A stretch of DNA of 63,911 nt, filler included, from Octopus bimaculoides (GCF_001194135.2; 7 parts of 6 records of this genome joined end to end with filler, not necessarily neighbours in it), one strand, 5' to 3'; counted from the whole stretch's first letter, positions 25,040 through 38,304 are shown. Program-made: numbers and translations. The notes: generated from the sequence alone by a model not told the origin.

Positions 25040-26240
25040 GACACTACTTTTAAAGTTACTTTTAAAGTTCAAGAGCAAATGATTTCTACCCGAGTACCTG
25101 CAGAATGAAAGGTAGAAAACATTGACAGCCAACAAATGTAGACTGTGCAAAACTAAAATAGAAGACAGCGAAAACATTATTGTGGGAGAATGTCTTCCAG
25201 ATATTATCTTCCATTCAGTAGATATTATTTTCCATTCAGTAGCCAGAATGGTCTGGAACACAAGAAAAAGATATTGGTAGAACGCACAAAGATATTGGTA
25301 GAACTTAGAAATTAAAGTAGCCACTAAATAAGAAAACAACTGGCTACATAATGTAGTGTGGGTCTACGATAAAAAAAAGTACACTGTTGTAGAAACTAGC
25401 TTCTCTTTGGATTTTAATGCGGTCAGAAAATACAGGAAAAAGAAAACTTCTACGAGGGTGAGTTAAAAAGTAATGCCATTTTGTTTAGGACAGGTAAAAT
25501 TACCAACACAGGTAAAATTACTAACATATCATACATCAAAACGAAGCTGGTCCTCTGTGGATCACATCCCTACTTCCCAACATAGTCACCGTTTCTCTCA
25601 ATTTCAATGTTCCACCTTCGAATGAGAGCCTGTATCCCTTCCCCGTAAAATTCTATTGACTGTTCTTTGAGCCACTTCTTCACTACAGTTTTCACTTCCT
25701 CGTCAATGGAGTAATGTTTGCCTTTCAAACTCTCTTTCATGGGGCCGAAGAGATGATAGTCTAAAGGCACTAAATTATTCCAGTGACAAGGAAGTAAAAA
25801 CTGTAATGAATAAGTGGCTCAAAGAACAGTCAACAGAATTTTACGGGGCAGGGATACATGCTCTCATTCGAAGGTGGAACATTGCTATTGAGAGAAACAG
25901 TGGCTATGTTGAGGAATAGGGATATGATCCACAGAGAACCAGCTTCATTTTGATGTATGATACATGTTCCTGTGCTGGTAATTATACCTATCCTAAACAA
26001 AATGGCGTTACTTTTTAACTCACTCTCGTATATACTGTAGATAAGGAATTTGCAAATCCAGTACATTTTCACTTTCATGTCTATTATTATTGGAGAAATA
26101 GGATACGTAGCAACCCACCTGAAACAAAGTACCGCTGAACTTTGGTTCTTAGGGAGAAAATGCAAATCCTTGTTTCGTTTGATATAAATGGTCACGATAT
26201 CTGGGACAATAAAAGTCTTCCAGGCCTAAAGCTATAAAAG
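25040..26240 (+). mobile_element. Degenerate R4/Dong-like LINE fragment interrupted at a TA by the fold-back mariner element
   Basis: Left part reads QEQMISTR..NKCRLCK..KKYTVVETSFSLD. The part after 26030 reads NLQIQY..IIGEIGYV, collinear with the 576-1109 protein. Confidence 0.6.
25451..26030. mobile_element. Fold-back (palindromic) mariner derivative made of two inverted transposase 3' ends
   Basis: TA-cgagggtgagttaaaaagtaa ... ttactttttaactcactctcg-TA. Arms ~25451-25716 and ~25774-26030 are reverse complements. The left arm plus spacer encodes DYHLFGPMKESLKG...RWNIEIERNGDYV, a mariner C-terminus. Confidence 0.9.
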
Positions 26241-26368
26241 ATGATGAGCAAAACAAGATGCTTCCTTCACAACCTGGCTACCATGCAGATAGCCGTTCAA
26301 ATATAATTGCAAGTGAAAAAGAGAAAGAGACAATATATATACATACATACATACGTGACTATTCGTGC

Positions 26369-26404
<36 letters not shown>

Positions 26405-26537
26405 NNNNNNNNNNNNNNNNNNNNNNNNNNNNNNNNNNNNNNNNNNNNNNNNNNNNNNNNNNNNNNNNNNNNNNNNNNNNNNNNNNNNNNNNNNNNNNNN
26501 NNNNNNNNNNNNNNNNNNNNNNNNNNNNNNNNNNNNN

Positions 26538-26592
<55 letters not shown>

Positions 26593-27194
26593 CCTTGTAC
26601 AGTGTCACTAAAACGGCAATTCTAATAAATAAAATAAAAATACATAAATGAAATGAAGAAAAGACATAAAATGTGTGAATATATTATATTTTAAAGATGA
26701 AATAGGTTACTTGATAAAATTTTGAACTAGTCTCGGAAGATATCTGATTTATAACTTCCTTCTAACATTATGCTCTGATCCATTCACCGTTTAATATTCC
26801 AGTGTTAGCCTAACTGCCAATAAGACCCTATGAAAGCACTGTGTACCACTACATGCAATGCGAGGGTTGTGTTTGAAATTGATGCGTTATAGTATCCATG
26901 GAAAGAACATGCGATAATAAAATAAAACCAACATTATTAGAGTACGTTTTGTAAAATAATATGAGTCTATTAAGCAAATAGATGATTTTATTAGGGTAAC
27001 TTGCAACAGGGGGATAAATCTAGGCTCCGCTTCCGGAGGACGCGATAATTTCTGACCAGAAATTGCTAAATAAAATACAGAAATTTAAAATATAAAAATG
27101 AGACTTACCTGCAACAATGGAAAATATTATAAAACCCGAAAATTCTTGGACGTCTAATACTACGAAATGATAAAGCTGCTGTATTAATGAATTG

Positions 27195-27242
<48 letters not shown>

Positions 27243-27693
27243 CCTAGTAATGGATAGTTAATTAATATGACATACTTCTGATACAATGTTATAAAAGAAT
27301 ATCTGGCAGAAAGCCACTATTTGATATCTTTATGTAAAATTATCAATTCTAATAATTGTAATCAAACCACAACGATATAAACTTGTGGCTTTCTGCCAAT
27401 ATTCAGTATTTGAGTGATACAATATAAATGCCAGAAGAATAGAGTTTGAACTTAAAACGTAAAGAGCAATGAGGTTATTTGTGCGACAATCAAGTAATTA
27501 TCAAAATAATACGATGAAAGCATATGCATATGACTAATTACACTAATAGAAATTTTCAGCGTTAATAATTTTGTAAACCCTATTAAATATTAACATTACT
27601 CTATACAACGCGACGAACTGGAAAAAATCGTTTGCACGCCAAACAAAACGCTAGGCAGCATTTTGCTCATCATTCATTACGTTGAGTTCAGAA

Positions 27694-27960
27694 GGCGGTG
27701 AACTGGCAGAATTGTTAGCGCGCTGGATGAAATGCTTTTCGGTATTTCGCCCGTCGCTATGTTCTGAGTTCAAATTCCGCCGAGGTCGACTTTGCCTTTC
27801 ATCCTTTCGAGGTCGATAAATTAAATACCAGTTACGCACTGAGGTCGATGTAATTGACTATCCCCTACCCCAAATTTCAGGCCCTGTGCCTGCAATAGAA
27901 AGGATTCAAATTCTGCCGAGGTCGACTTTGCCGTTCATCCCTTTCAGGGTCGATAAAGTG
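27694..27960 (+). mobile_element. SINE family A with a partial tandem repeat
   Basis: ggcggtgaactggcagaattgttagc...gaggtcgactttgcctttcatcc, repeated again at ~27905-27960. Confidence 0.9.
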
Positions 27961-27961
27961 G

Positions 27962-28373
27962 CAAAAGAATATGACTCCTTGCCATACCTCCGGAAGGAGT
28001 CAGAAGTGGTCGTCGGAAGATTTCTACTACTTCACCATCTCCAATTTCTGGTCTCCAAATTTACCCGGTTGTAAACCCAATCTTTATTATGCACAACAAG
28101 CGGTAAGGAAGAACACCAACCACTGTGCCTGCAGTACAAAAGCAGACTGGTGGCCAAGGTGAAAGGACACAGTGAGGAACGCATGCACCAACTTCCGGAG
28201 TCGTGTTGAAGCCGTGGTGAGAGTTAAGAGCGGTTACATTGAATAAATTCTTATGTCCCAGCGATCATCTAGTTGAGGCTGTTTGATTTTTTAAATACTT
28301 TTATTTTCCGATGGGCCATTGGGTTTCCTTTTCCTTTTATGCTGACTGTCAGATTTACTCCGAACGCCCCCTG
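27962..28373 (+). mobile_element. Tc1/maT-like transposase C-terminal remnant with 3' TIR
   Basis: SQKW..FWSPNLPGCKP (WPPNSPDLNP-like)...VRNACTNFRSRVEAVVRVKSGYIE*; ends cgaacgccccctg|TA. Confidence 0.7.
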
Positions 28374-30412
28374 TATGTGTGTGTGAGTGTGTGTGTATGT
28401 GTGTGTGTGCGGGTGTGTATATGTGTGTATTTGTGCATGTGCGCGGGTGTGTATTTGTGCATGTGCGCGAGTGCGCTTATATATGCTTTTGTCTAAAAAC
28501 GCAAGCACAATATATACCGAAGCAGGATGAACAATAGCGCAGTGGTGATTCATAAGAATTTTAGATGCAGTAAACTTCGGTAATGTCAGTTAGTGTGTTA
28601 TTCATTATTTCCTATAAATCAACGAACAAATTTCGTTCAAACATGTGACAAATGGGTATATCTTATTGACATGCTCCAAGAAGAGTGAAGCGCACGTACC
28701 GTTACGCTGATTTACTGCTTTATATATGTATGCACACTCGAACAAAATTATAATTTATGTATGGAACGCACACACACAAACAAAGATATACACACACACG
28801 CACACACACACGCGCACACACGCATACACACACTTGTAGAACTCACTTTCTTCCCAAGTCAGTAGAGCATAAAACTACGTAATCATAAGAAACACTATTA
28901 GCTGTTATTGTACATCTATAAATAAGGTTTCCCTGAGGCATTGCCCTTCAAATGGACATACTAATTTACTCTAACTGTTACAATAATACTTATTAGCATT
29001 AACCCTATGTTTGCTAAAAGCAGAATATCATGTACTTCGTCTATAGTATTACGTATCACTCTATGGTTATAAAACGTTTCGATATAAATTAAATTCGCTG
29101 TGCCATTGGATTCAATTTCTTACTCGCTTCCTTTAATTAATGAGTTTCGTCTCAGTTACCTCTCTTGCATTAGCTTCCGTAAATTCACTTGTGTTTTTCA
29201 CTATTACTACTAACCAAACAGCAAACAGATCTTCATTATTTCCCTAGAATCATTCATATTATGACGTACCTTATCTGTTTAGTTATCATTTTACCAGTCA
29301 TATTATTACTATTTATATTAGTTCTATTATTTGTGGTTATTAGGCGCCAAGCAGTGAATACACTAATTTTCTGAAAACTTGTGTGCTGCAATAATTTGGG
29401 CTAAACAAATATTCTGCCGATGAAGGTAAAAAAAGTGAATTACACGGCTTTGAGTGGACTCATTTGGACTTTAAGGGACATATATTAGATGGTCAATTAT
29501 TAGTAACGATTCTCCATATACCGTTGGGTATTCTAAATGTGATCTCTGCTTGGAAGAATTGTTCCATATCCTTACCTGTACTTTCAGATTATTTAATCCT
29601 AGAAACAAATTAGCAGTAAAATGCGCACATATATTTAGAAACGTTTTCAGTATTTCCAAATAATATTCTTTATTTACAAATCACGTAGATGAAAGTACAC
29701 ATAAGTTAACCTAATTAGCTTATATTGCAAATTTATTTACGTTTTTTATAAATTTGCACTAATCCTAACTATCATATATTTTTTGGTAGGGAGAGAATAA
29801 TATAAAATAGGGTTAGAATGAATATTTACTTCACACAACATATATTGATTAAGCTCACATTAAAATTTCAGATAGTTTAGCAAAATCTATTATAATTTAT
29901 AGAGCTGTAACTGAAACGGTATTGATTAATAGCTTTGATTTCATAATAATATTAGCACGAAGGTTTTGTAATTTAGACAGTGATGAAAAAAAAGGGACAT
30001 TAGCAGTATCAGTTCACGTTTACACAGAAACGCACAGTAATGTTACTTAAAATCTACCTATAACGTTTATTGAGAAGCTCAAAATATATCGGTAGATAAC
30101 TTTCAAATTTCATGCAGTCTTTAAAATAGCAGCAGGCAAGCTGTGATAATAGAAAGAATAACTGTAACAGAGTAACTTTTCAATTCTCATAAACGTATAG
30201 AGGAACATGGATGTCCAATACATATTGCAACATAAGTTTTGTATTTATGAAGAATTGTTTTTTATTATAATTCTATTTATATAATATAATATTACAGACA
30301 TATCGTACGTAAGTTCAAATGCTGGTCATTAATGACAGGATATTAGGATTCATTTAATCCCGTTGTTTTACAATAGTAATAATGGCTAAGGAGTCGACAT
30401 CGTCTGATTATT

Positions 30413-30500
30413 ATATGGTATATATTGTGGTTTGGATAAGACTTACCGTCAGTGAATTAACACATTTATATGAAAGTAATATCACAATTAAAAATAGCGT
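30413..30500. repeat. ~88-bp direct repeat, copy 1
   Basis: atatggtatatattgtggtttggataagacttaccgtcagtgaattaacacatttata; nearly identical to 31549-31636. Confidence 0.9.
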
Positions 30501-31548
30501 TTAAAATAAACTGATTTTGCTCAAGGTAAAACAATTATTTTCTCATGCACAATGTTTATATAAGTTACCAGAAGACCAAAAGACTTGTTGAGAATATTAT
30601 AAAATTAATGAAATGTTGTCAGCATTCTTCTTAACGCCATCAGATCTCTCCGGAGATAATGTCTTATGGACAGGATGGGAAATGCACAGCAGCAATCTTG
30701 ATTGCTGGACAAATAAGAGATGATTAGTAGAGAATTAATTGGATAACTAAAAGCGATAAAGAATAATAATTAACAGTGTTGGGATAGGAATGTGATACGC
30801 GAATGATAGTCTCTCATCGCACACAACAGTCTCTCTACATATCCTGTCACATGTGATGCAATAAATGTTTTTCAAAGCGTTTTCCAAAACGTTTTCCATT
30901 TCATAATTATTCAATACGTGTATACATTTGTGGGGAGGAAGAGATAATATAAGGTAGGAAGAGAACGAGATTTTATATAAGTTAGAAAACTTAACTGCAT
31001 ACCAATTGCTAGATTAGCAAGTTATGCATGACCATTTCATATCGTTTGACCGAACTTAGAGACAGGGGAAGAGACATGAGTGAGGACAAATTTCAAAACC
31101 ATAATCCACATATTCATAAAATGTTAGGCCAACAAAAAATGAGTATCTCATAAAAAGAATACAATAAAATTACAAACTATATGGGGTTTGCAGCAAAAAG
31201 TGAGTCCGTTCAACAGTTCACGTGAACCTGAAAGTTTTAATATACTGAAGAACAGAAGACTTGGTCAAAAATAATCGGGCAAGTTCCTGAAAGAAATAAA
31301 CACGTACTCTTTACATGAATTTCAATAGATTGCAAAAAACATGACTTTTTTTTTTTTCTCGAATCGTCATCTGAGGATTTTCAGTTCAAACTGATGTTAA
31401 TTGTTGTACTTGATAATCTCAGCTCATTCATAGTCACAAAGATCTATGGTCGAAGGCATTCCAGTTACTACAATTCTGTCATATATTTAGATTTAATATA
31501 TAATTTATTATCCATTACCTCCATCTTTCAAGGTATTAGACAACAAGA

Positions 31549-31636
31549 ATATGGTATATATTGTGGTTTGGATAAGACTTATCGTCAGTGAATTAACACA
31601 TTTATAGTAAAGTAATATGACAATTAAAAATAACGT
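31549..31636. repeat. ~88-bp direct repeat, copy 2 (about 40 bp downstream of the GPCR stop)
   Basis: Nearly identical to 30413-30500. Confidence 0.9.
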
Positions 31637-31673
31637 GTTGGTTTATGAGCAGAAGTTACGTCAACAGATTCTT

Positions 31674-32749
31674 TTAGGGCGGTTTTATAATTACTTGCAG
31701 ATTTTGGAGAATATAACAACGGACTGTCTTTGTTGATAGAAATGATACACAAATAAATAACGCAACGAATGAGTTTAAAATACAAAATAATAGAGAAAAT
31801 TCATCAATTCTTGTAAACGTATACAAAAATGCGAATGTCCACGTTAATCCCATGATAAAGAATAGTTTTACACAAATGATGAACTCCAATTTATTATGTT
31901 TTGATAAATATTTCGAAGAAAGTTTACGTGCCAAATAGAGCCCTCTAGCAGTGAGGGTAAATGCTATGATATTAAGACATAAAATTATCATTACAGGGAT
32001 TGCAAAAAACCATAGCAGACTTTTTCCATTTTTAATCCAGCAAATACCATTTCCATAGTCTGGAGAAAGTCCATGATTTCCAGGAATATACTCAAATATC
32101 AATGATACTGCTACTATTAGAAGAGGACAGATCCAAGCATACAAGGAATATACCACAAATCTCTTGGTACCTTTTCCTTTACTTTGAAGTTGTGTAAGTC
32201 CTGAGAAAGTGTGCCAGGCGTCAAAAGACATGATATTCATCCAGAAGAAACTAGCGAGAAATGAATAATGCAACACCACAGCTAAAGATTTACACAGCAT
32301 TGTAGATATAGTGACTTGTGATGAGATAAGAAAGAGAAGCTCAGCTACAAACAGTGCTGATAAAAAACTAATGAGTAATTTTCCTGGTAAGGTACGGAGA
32401 TCAGGTATACAGAAATAGACTATAATAGTGATTGCCAGAGCCGGAATAGATATTAGTAGTCCCACTAATGTGATATAGCTCTCAGCTACGGAATATTTTG
32501 ATATACCATTGATATTTGATATATTATTGGTACCATTGTTTACACAGATACGTATTATACCTTGAGAATCACGAGTGAATTCTGATTGGTTCAGCAAACG
32601 TTGGGTATTATTTAAGTAGAGACGACCATCACTAGTGATATAATACTCAGATTCATTTAATTTTGTTGTCGTACAGTTTAGCGGAGGATGGTAGATTACT
32701 TGCCGACATTTCTTAACTTCCAAATCGTAGATAGCGTATTTTGGACACG
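31674..32749 (-). CDS. Class B (secretin family, 7tm_2) Methuselah/Mth2-like GPCR, 5'-incomplete
   Basis: An uninterrupted 349-aa ORF with seven hydrophobic helices: ITLVGLLISIPALAITIIVY, LRTLPGK, C..LAVVLHYSFLASFFWMNIMSFD, YSLYAW, PDYG.GICWI, KLFFIMGLTW, ILNS. The frame stays open upstream (CPKYAIYDLEVKKCR) until the gap at 32750, so the tracked TTG start is not the true start. No GPS motif precedes TM1. Confidence 0.92.
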
Positions 32750-32849
32750 NNNNNNNNNNNNNNNNNNNNNNNNNNNNNNNNNNNNNNNNNNNNTTAATTA
32801 ATTAANNNNNNNNNNNNNNNNNNNNNNNNNNNNNNNNNNNNNNNNNNNN

Positions 32850-32915
<66 letters not shown>

Positions 32916-33495
32916 ACTAGAAATAGTATTTGCTTTGGGAAGGGATATCTGAGACTATCTTTCAGGTAAATAACTGTGGAATAAACGAAAATATATCATG
33001 TCTACTGGATTGTAGTGAAAATTTGCTGTTGAAATAGTGGAACAAATATATATTAAATTAACAAACACATAAATGCTCTAACTACGGATATATGAACAAA
33101 CTCTCTGATCGTTTAATGTTTGTTCGCTTAACAAATTAATTATTTAACGAAGTGGCGTCTATAGAATTCACATCTGATATTTTGGTAATTTACAGATTCT
33201 GTTATGTGAAGACATTGTTTTCGATATTGTGAAGAAAATATGTTTTCATTTAAAAAGAATGAATAAAATAGATGAAAAGTTATGCAGGCACTGTGTTGCT
33301 CAATATTAGTCTGCTTAACAATTTAATTACTCATAGAAATAGTGGCATTTTTTACAGAATACTGATCAGGTGTTTGGCCAATTCACAAATTCGGTTCTGT
33401 GTTAAAAAAAGAAAGACACTTTCTGTATTACATAATTTGCACTTTTTAGTGCCATTAACAGAGGGTCGGTATTTCTCTCATCCAACTCTCTCTTA

Positions 33496-33535
<40 letters not shown>

Positions 33536-33701
33536 ACTCTCTCTCTCTTTATAATGTTCCACTTGATGTCTAACTCACTAGTAAGATGTGGTTAATAAAC
33601 GCCAGATGCAAATTGATAGCGTTTACATAAAATATATCGCAATATATTTATATATGTATGTGTCGACATACACACAAATATGTATGTATATACAAATATC
33701 T

Positions 33702-33732
<31 letters not shown>

Positions 33733-33805
33733 TTAAAACTATGAAAATGAATTTATATGTAAAACGTTAGATTGTTCAATAGAGTGTATAGAGTGCGTGT
33801 ACATA

Positions 33806-33844
<39 letters not shown>

Positions 33845-34338
33845 ATATCTATCTATCTATCTATCTATCTATATATATATATATATATATATANNNNNNN
33901 NNNNNNNNNNNNNNNNNNNNNNNNNNNNNNNNNNNNNNNNNNNNNNNNNNNNNNNNNNNNNNNNNNNNNNNNNNNNNNNNNNNNNNNNNNNNNNNNNNNN
34001 NNNNNNNNNNNNNNNNNNNNNNNNNNNNNNNNNNNNNNNNNNNNNNNNNNNNNNNNNNNNNNNNNNNNNNNNNNNNNNNNNNNNNNNNNNNNNNNNNNNN
34101 NNNNNNNNNNNNNNNNNNNNNNNNNNNNNNNNNNNNNNNNNNNNNNNNNNNNNNNNNNNNNNNNNNNNNNNNNNNNNNNNNNNNNNNNNNNNNNNNNNNN
34201 NNNNNNNNNNNNNNNNNNNNNNNNNNNNNNNNNNNNNNNNNNNNNNNNNNNNNNNNNNNNNNNNNNNNNNNNNNNNNNNNNNNNNNNNNNNNNNNNNNNN
34301 NNNNNNNNNNNNNNNNNNNNNNNNNNNNNNNNNNNNNN

Positions 34339-34373
<35 letters not shown>

Positions 34374-34942
34374 GTAGATAGATAGATAGATAGATAGATA
34401 GATATATGTACACGCACTCTATATACACTCTATTGAACAATCTAACGTTTTACATATAAATTCATTTTCATAGTTTTAATCGTTTAATATTGTTATATTT
34501 ATGGGCGGTCAGTTTTTGTGAGGGTGGGCAAAATAAGCATACGCACTATATATTCGTTCTTCACTTCAGCCATATTATTGTTCTTATTTCTCTGTCCTTT
34601 GTCTTAAATATTTCATCACACATCCTGTGACATCTTCAACGTCTTTCCAACCCTCCTGTCTCACCTACAGCAGAGTCACAAGACTGTCAAATAACCAGAA
34701 TTCACCTTCAAGTTATGCGACTGGCAAATTCCGGAGCGTGATAACCATATTACTATTTTCAAAACCTTGTGAACCACCGATGAACGTTATACTTCTATCA
34801 CAGAATACTATAAGTGATAGCAAAATGCAGGATTTTTAGGAGACTTCATAAACCAAAAGAGCTTGCTTTGCCACAGTCTCTATCAAATATTCCCATACAT
34901 TATTCTCTGTCGATACGGTATCTGTTTATTAAGCCTGCTTTA

Positions 34943-35795
34943 CAGATCACATCGTTTAGAAACTGGAATTTTACAATATTATTTTATTCACTTAGTTTTA
35001 CGTTTGCACATTTACCGCCTTCAAAGTATCCGCTATTTCATGCAATGCATCGATCTAGGAACTTTTTCCACAGTTCGAAGCAGTGGTGGAACTCTTGCGA
35101 AATGATGCCTTTAAACACCTCCGTCGTATTTCGTATTTAATCTCACCTATTCCACATCTGAAAAATCCGTAGCACCAGCGTTCGTTACCAGTGACGGACT
35201 TAGAAACACGGTGCTTATCACCTTCCAATTTTTATTTTACTTGACAATAGGCATTCAGTCATGACTGCTTTTGATCTTCCATGAGCAAGTGAGGCACAAA
35301 TTTTGCGGCAACTCTTTTCATTCGCAATTCCTCATTCAAAATTCTTTGGCAGGAGCTAAAGGACACACCTGTCGTATCAACAACTTCGGTAATTGTTCCG
35401 TGACGGTCCTCCAAGTACAGTTCATGAATTTTCGGGCTGCTTTAATTTGTTGGGGTGGTCGGCGGTCGCCCTGAACAAGGTTGGTCTTCAAGCTACAGAT
35501 GACTATTACTAAAGCGTGGAAACCACTCGTAAACTTGTGCTTTACTCCTTGTAAGTCGTTTGAAGCATGACAACTGATTTAGCCGCCGTTTTCTCCAGCA
35601 GAAAACAGAATTTCGCTGAAGTACGTTAATCCTTCGTTTCAGTCATCGCATAAATCGACGATCAGGAGAGAAGCATAGCAAAACAAAGACGTACAACGTA
35701 TTCATACGACCACAGCAGATAACGCCGGTCGACAGACTGATATCTGCGGGTCGCATCAACTGGCATCTAGCGGCAGAAGCCTGAAGTACAACGGG
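34943..35795 (-). mobile_element. Internally deleted mariner transposon
   Basis: Minus strand: KFCFLLEKTAAK..SKAQVYEWF..EDQPCSGRP..RILNEELRMKRVAAKFVP..VTGNERWCYG, joined to the C-terminus WKKFLDRCIA..GYFEG. TA plus a TIR-like end at 34941. Confidence 0.85.
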
Positions 35796-35829
35796 CTATT
35801 GTATATATATATATATATATATTAGTAGG

Positions 35830-35965
35830 AAGGTAGCTGTGTGAGTAGGTAGGTAGATAGGTAGGTAGGTAGGTAGGTAGGTAGGTAGGTAGGTAGGCAG
35901 GTAGGCAGGTAGGCAGGCAGGTAGGTAGGTAGGTAGGTAGGTAGGTAGGTAGGTAGGTAGGTAGG
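35830..35965. repeat. (AGGT)n/(AGGC)n microsatellite
   Basis: Direct reading of the sequence. Confidence 0.95.
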
Positions 35966-36904
35966 CGTGTAATTATTGAACTATATAATCAATAGTGTGA
36001 ATAGAAATTAGGAAATACATCTTCGAATTATTGTTTTAGGAAGATTCGCTCCAAATCGTCACACATGTAGCGTCACTTACCCTTTTTGCATACAAAGATC
36101 ATTTCCTCAAATGATAGAATGAGATAATCCAACTGAAAATACTGTTGTCCATATTACTATAGATTTTTTCATGTCGTAAAGATTGTAACGTCATCGATAG
36201 AATACTTTAATAGTTCATTTTACTATAATTAAATGCAACTTGCAGCATGATGGAGATATTGCACAAGCTGTTTAACAGAAGCTAATTGAATATTATTCTT
36301 ATTTCATGGAACATATAATATAAAATAAACATTCGAGTAAACGCTGAAATGCAGTTGACCAAAAACCAAAACACTTGTATTAGTATTATAATTTCTTTCT
36401 AATATTCTTTTTCTCCTATTTGCTATTAATTGTAATCCATCATTATAATAATCAGTGATTTTGAAATAAATGTTTGCAGTGCCTTATGCAATAAAACTAG
36501 GAAGCATTTTTGACGCAATGTCGACAGTTAACACTATTACTTTTTTTATTTTATTTGTTTTTCATTAAATCTTTACCATTTAGCTTCGATGAAATTAATT
36601 TTAGTTAGGATCCAGACTAATAGAGTCTATCAGGAATAGCATGCAATGATTTCAATTCAAATTATAATCAGTCTTCTGGCATTATAAATGTATCCAAGTG
36701 TAGACAAATGTTCTCCTGAATTATGTTATATATTTATGAAGAGCACGTATTGTAACGTTTTATATGAATATACATGTGCGGTGTGTGTCATTGCCTGTGA
36801 ATATGTGTACGTCTACCTTTACACATATGAATAAGAATCCATATGTAAATATACACATGAATGTATTTGTATAGAAATATATATACACACACACACGCAA
36901 ACAC

Positions 36905-36945
<41 letters not shown>

Positions 36946-37316
36946 NNNNNNNNNNNNNNNNNNNNNNNNNNNNNNNNNNNNNNNNNNNNNNNNNNNNNNN
37001 NNNNNNNNNNNNNNNNNNNNNNNNNNNNNNNNNNNNNNNNNNNNNNNNNNNNNNNNNNNNNNNNNNNNNNNNNNNNNNNNNNNNNNNNNNNNNNNNNNNN
37101 NNNNNNNNNNNNNNNNNNNNNNNNNNNNNNNNNNNNNNNNNNNNNNNNNNNNNNNNNNNNNNNNNNNNNNNNNNNNNNNNNNNNNNNNNNNNNNNNNNNN
37201 NNNNNNNNNNNNNNNNNNNNNNNNNNNNNNNNNNNNNNNNGTTTATATATATACATATATATATGTGTATATATACACATATATATTTATACATACACAT
37301 AATTTTTTGTCTGTTT

Positions 37317-37363
<47 letters not shown>

Positions 37364-38304
37364 TATACAAAGGCATGGCATTGTCAGTTGGAAATATGTG
37401 TTGTGCATTTTTCATATCTAATACCACCTCTTATTTTTGACGTATCATTCAACAGCTCAACAAATGTGACGCCATCTATCAATAATTGTATTTAATAAAG
37501 TGTCGTCTCTCTCTAATTAAGTTATTGATCAGATTGATCAGTATTAGCCATCTAAAGAAACGATACAATTATCCTGAATACTATATTCTTTTCAGCTTTT
37601 TCACAATGACATTATCTTGTTATCTCCATTTTTACAATCTAATGTATCATGATGCTTCAGTAATAAGCACACAATTTATTAGTACTCGATTAATATCAGG
37701 TGTGTTGGTGGGTAATATCTATTATTGACCTTTGGTGTTAACACATTATCGCCAGTATTATGCAGTCTGCCTCAGGTCTATAGGCATGGATATACATAGG
37801 ATATTTTCATTAAAGCTATTAAATTATTGCGTGAAAGACACACTACACGTTTTAGCCAATGTCGCCAAACCATGGTTCGTCTTTAAGTTTAGTTATTGGT
37901 AGTTCATATGATGCCGCCGTAACTATTGTCAATGCTACAATTTCGAAAGTGTTTTGTCACTAATCAGTTTAACAAATTGTAAACTCTTTCGTTTTACATT
38001 TCTGTTTTACTAAAAAGACCGACAGGCAGATAAATATATAATGAGCAAAATTGAGAGAAGCGGAAACTGGGGAAAGGTGTGATGAAACAGGATCAAATCG
38101 CACTCAAGTAATATGTTGAAATTGCTGTTCCTGCTACTAAATGAAGCGAATGAGTTTAGATTTCATCAGTGATCAACATGATCATAATCATAGATATGGC
38201 TCGGTGTTTTCCGTTTCGCACTCCTGTATACACCCAAATAGTGAAGAAACATTCCAACAGAATGAATATTGGTTTCAATGTTGGTACAAGTCCAGTAATG
38301 TTGG

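Noticed and set aside
31560-31595. CTGACGA plus hairpin on the minus strand of the 88-bp repeat
   Set aside because: Followed by CAAA rather than GAAA, so the catalytic G12 is absent.
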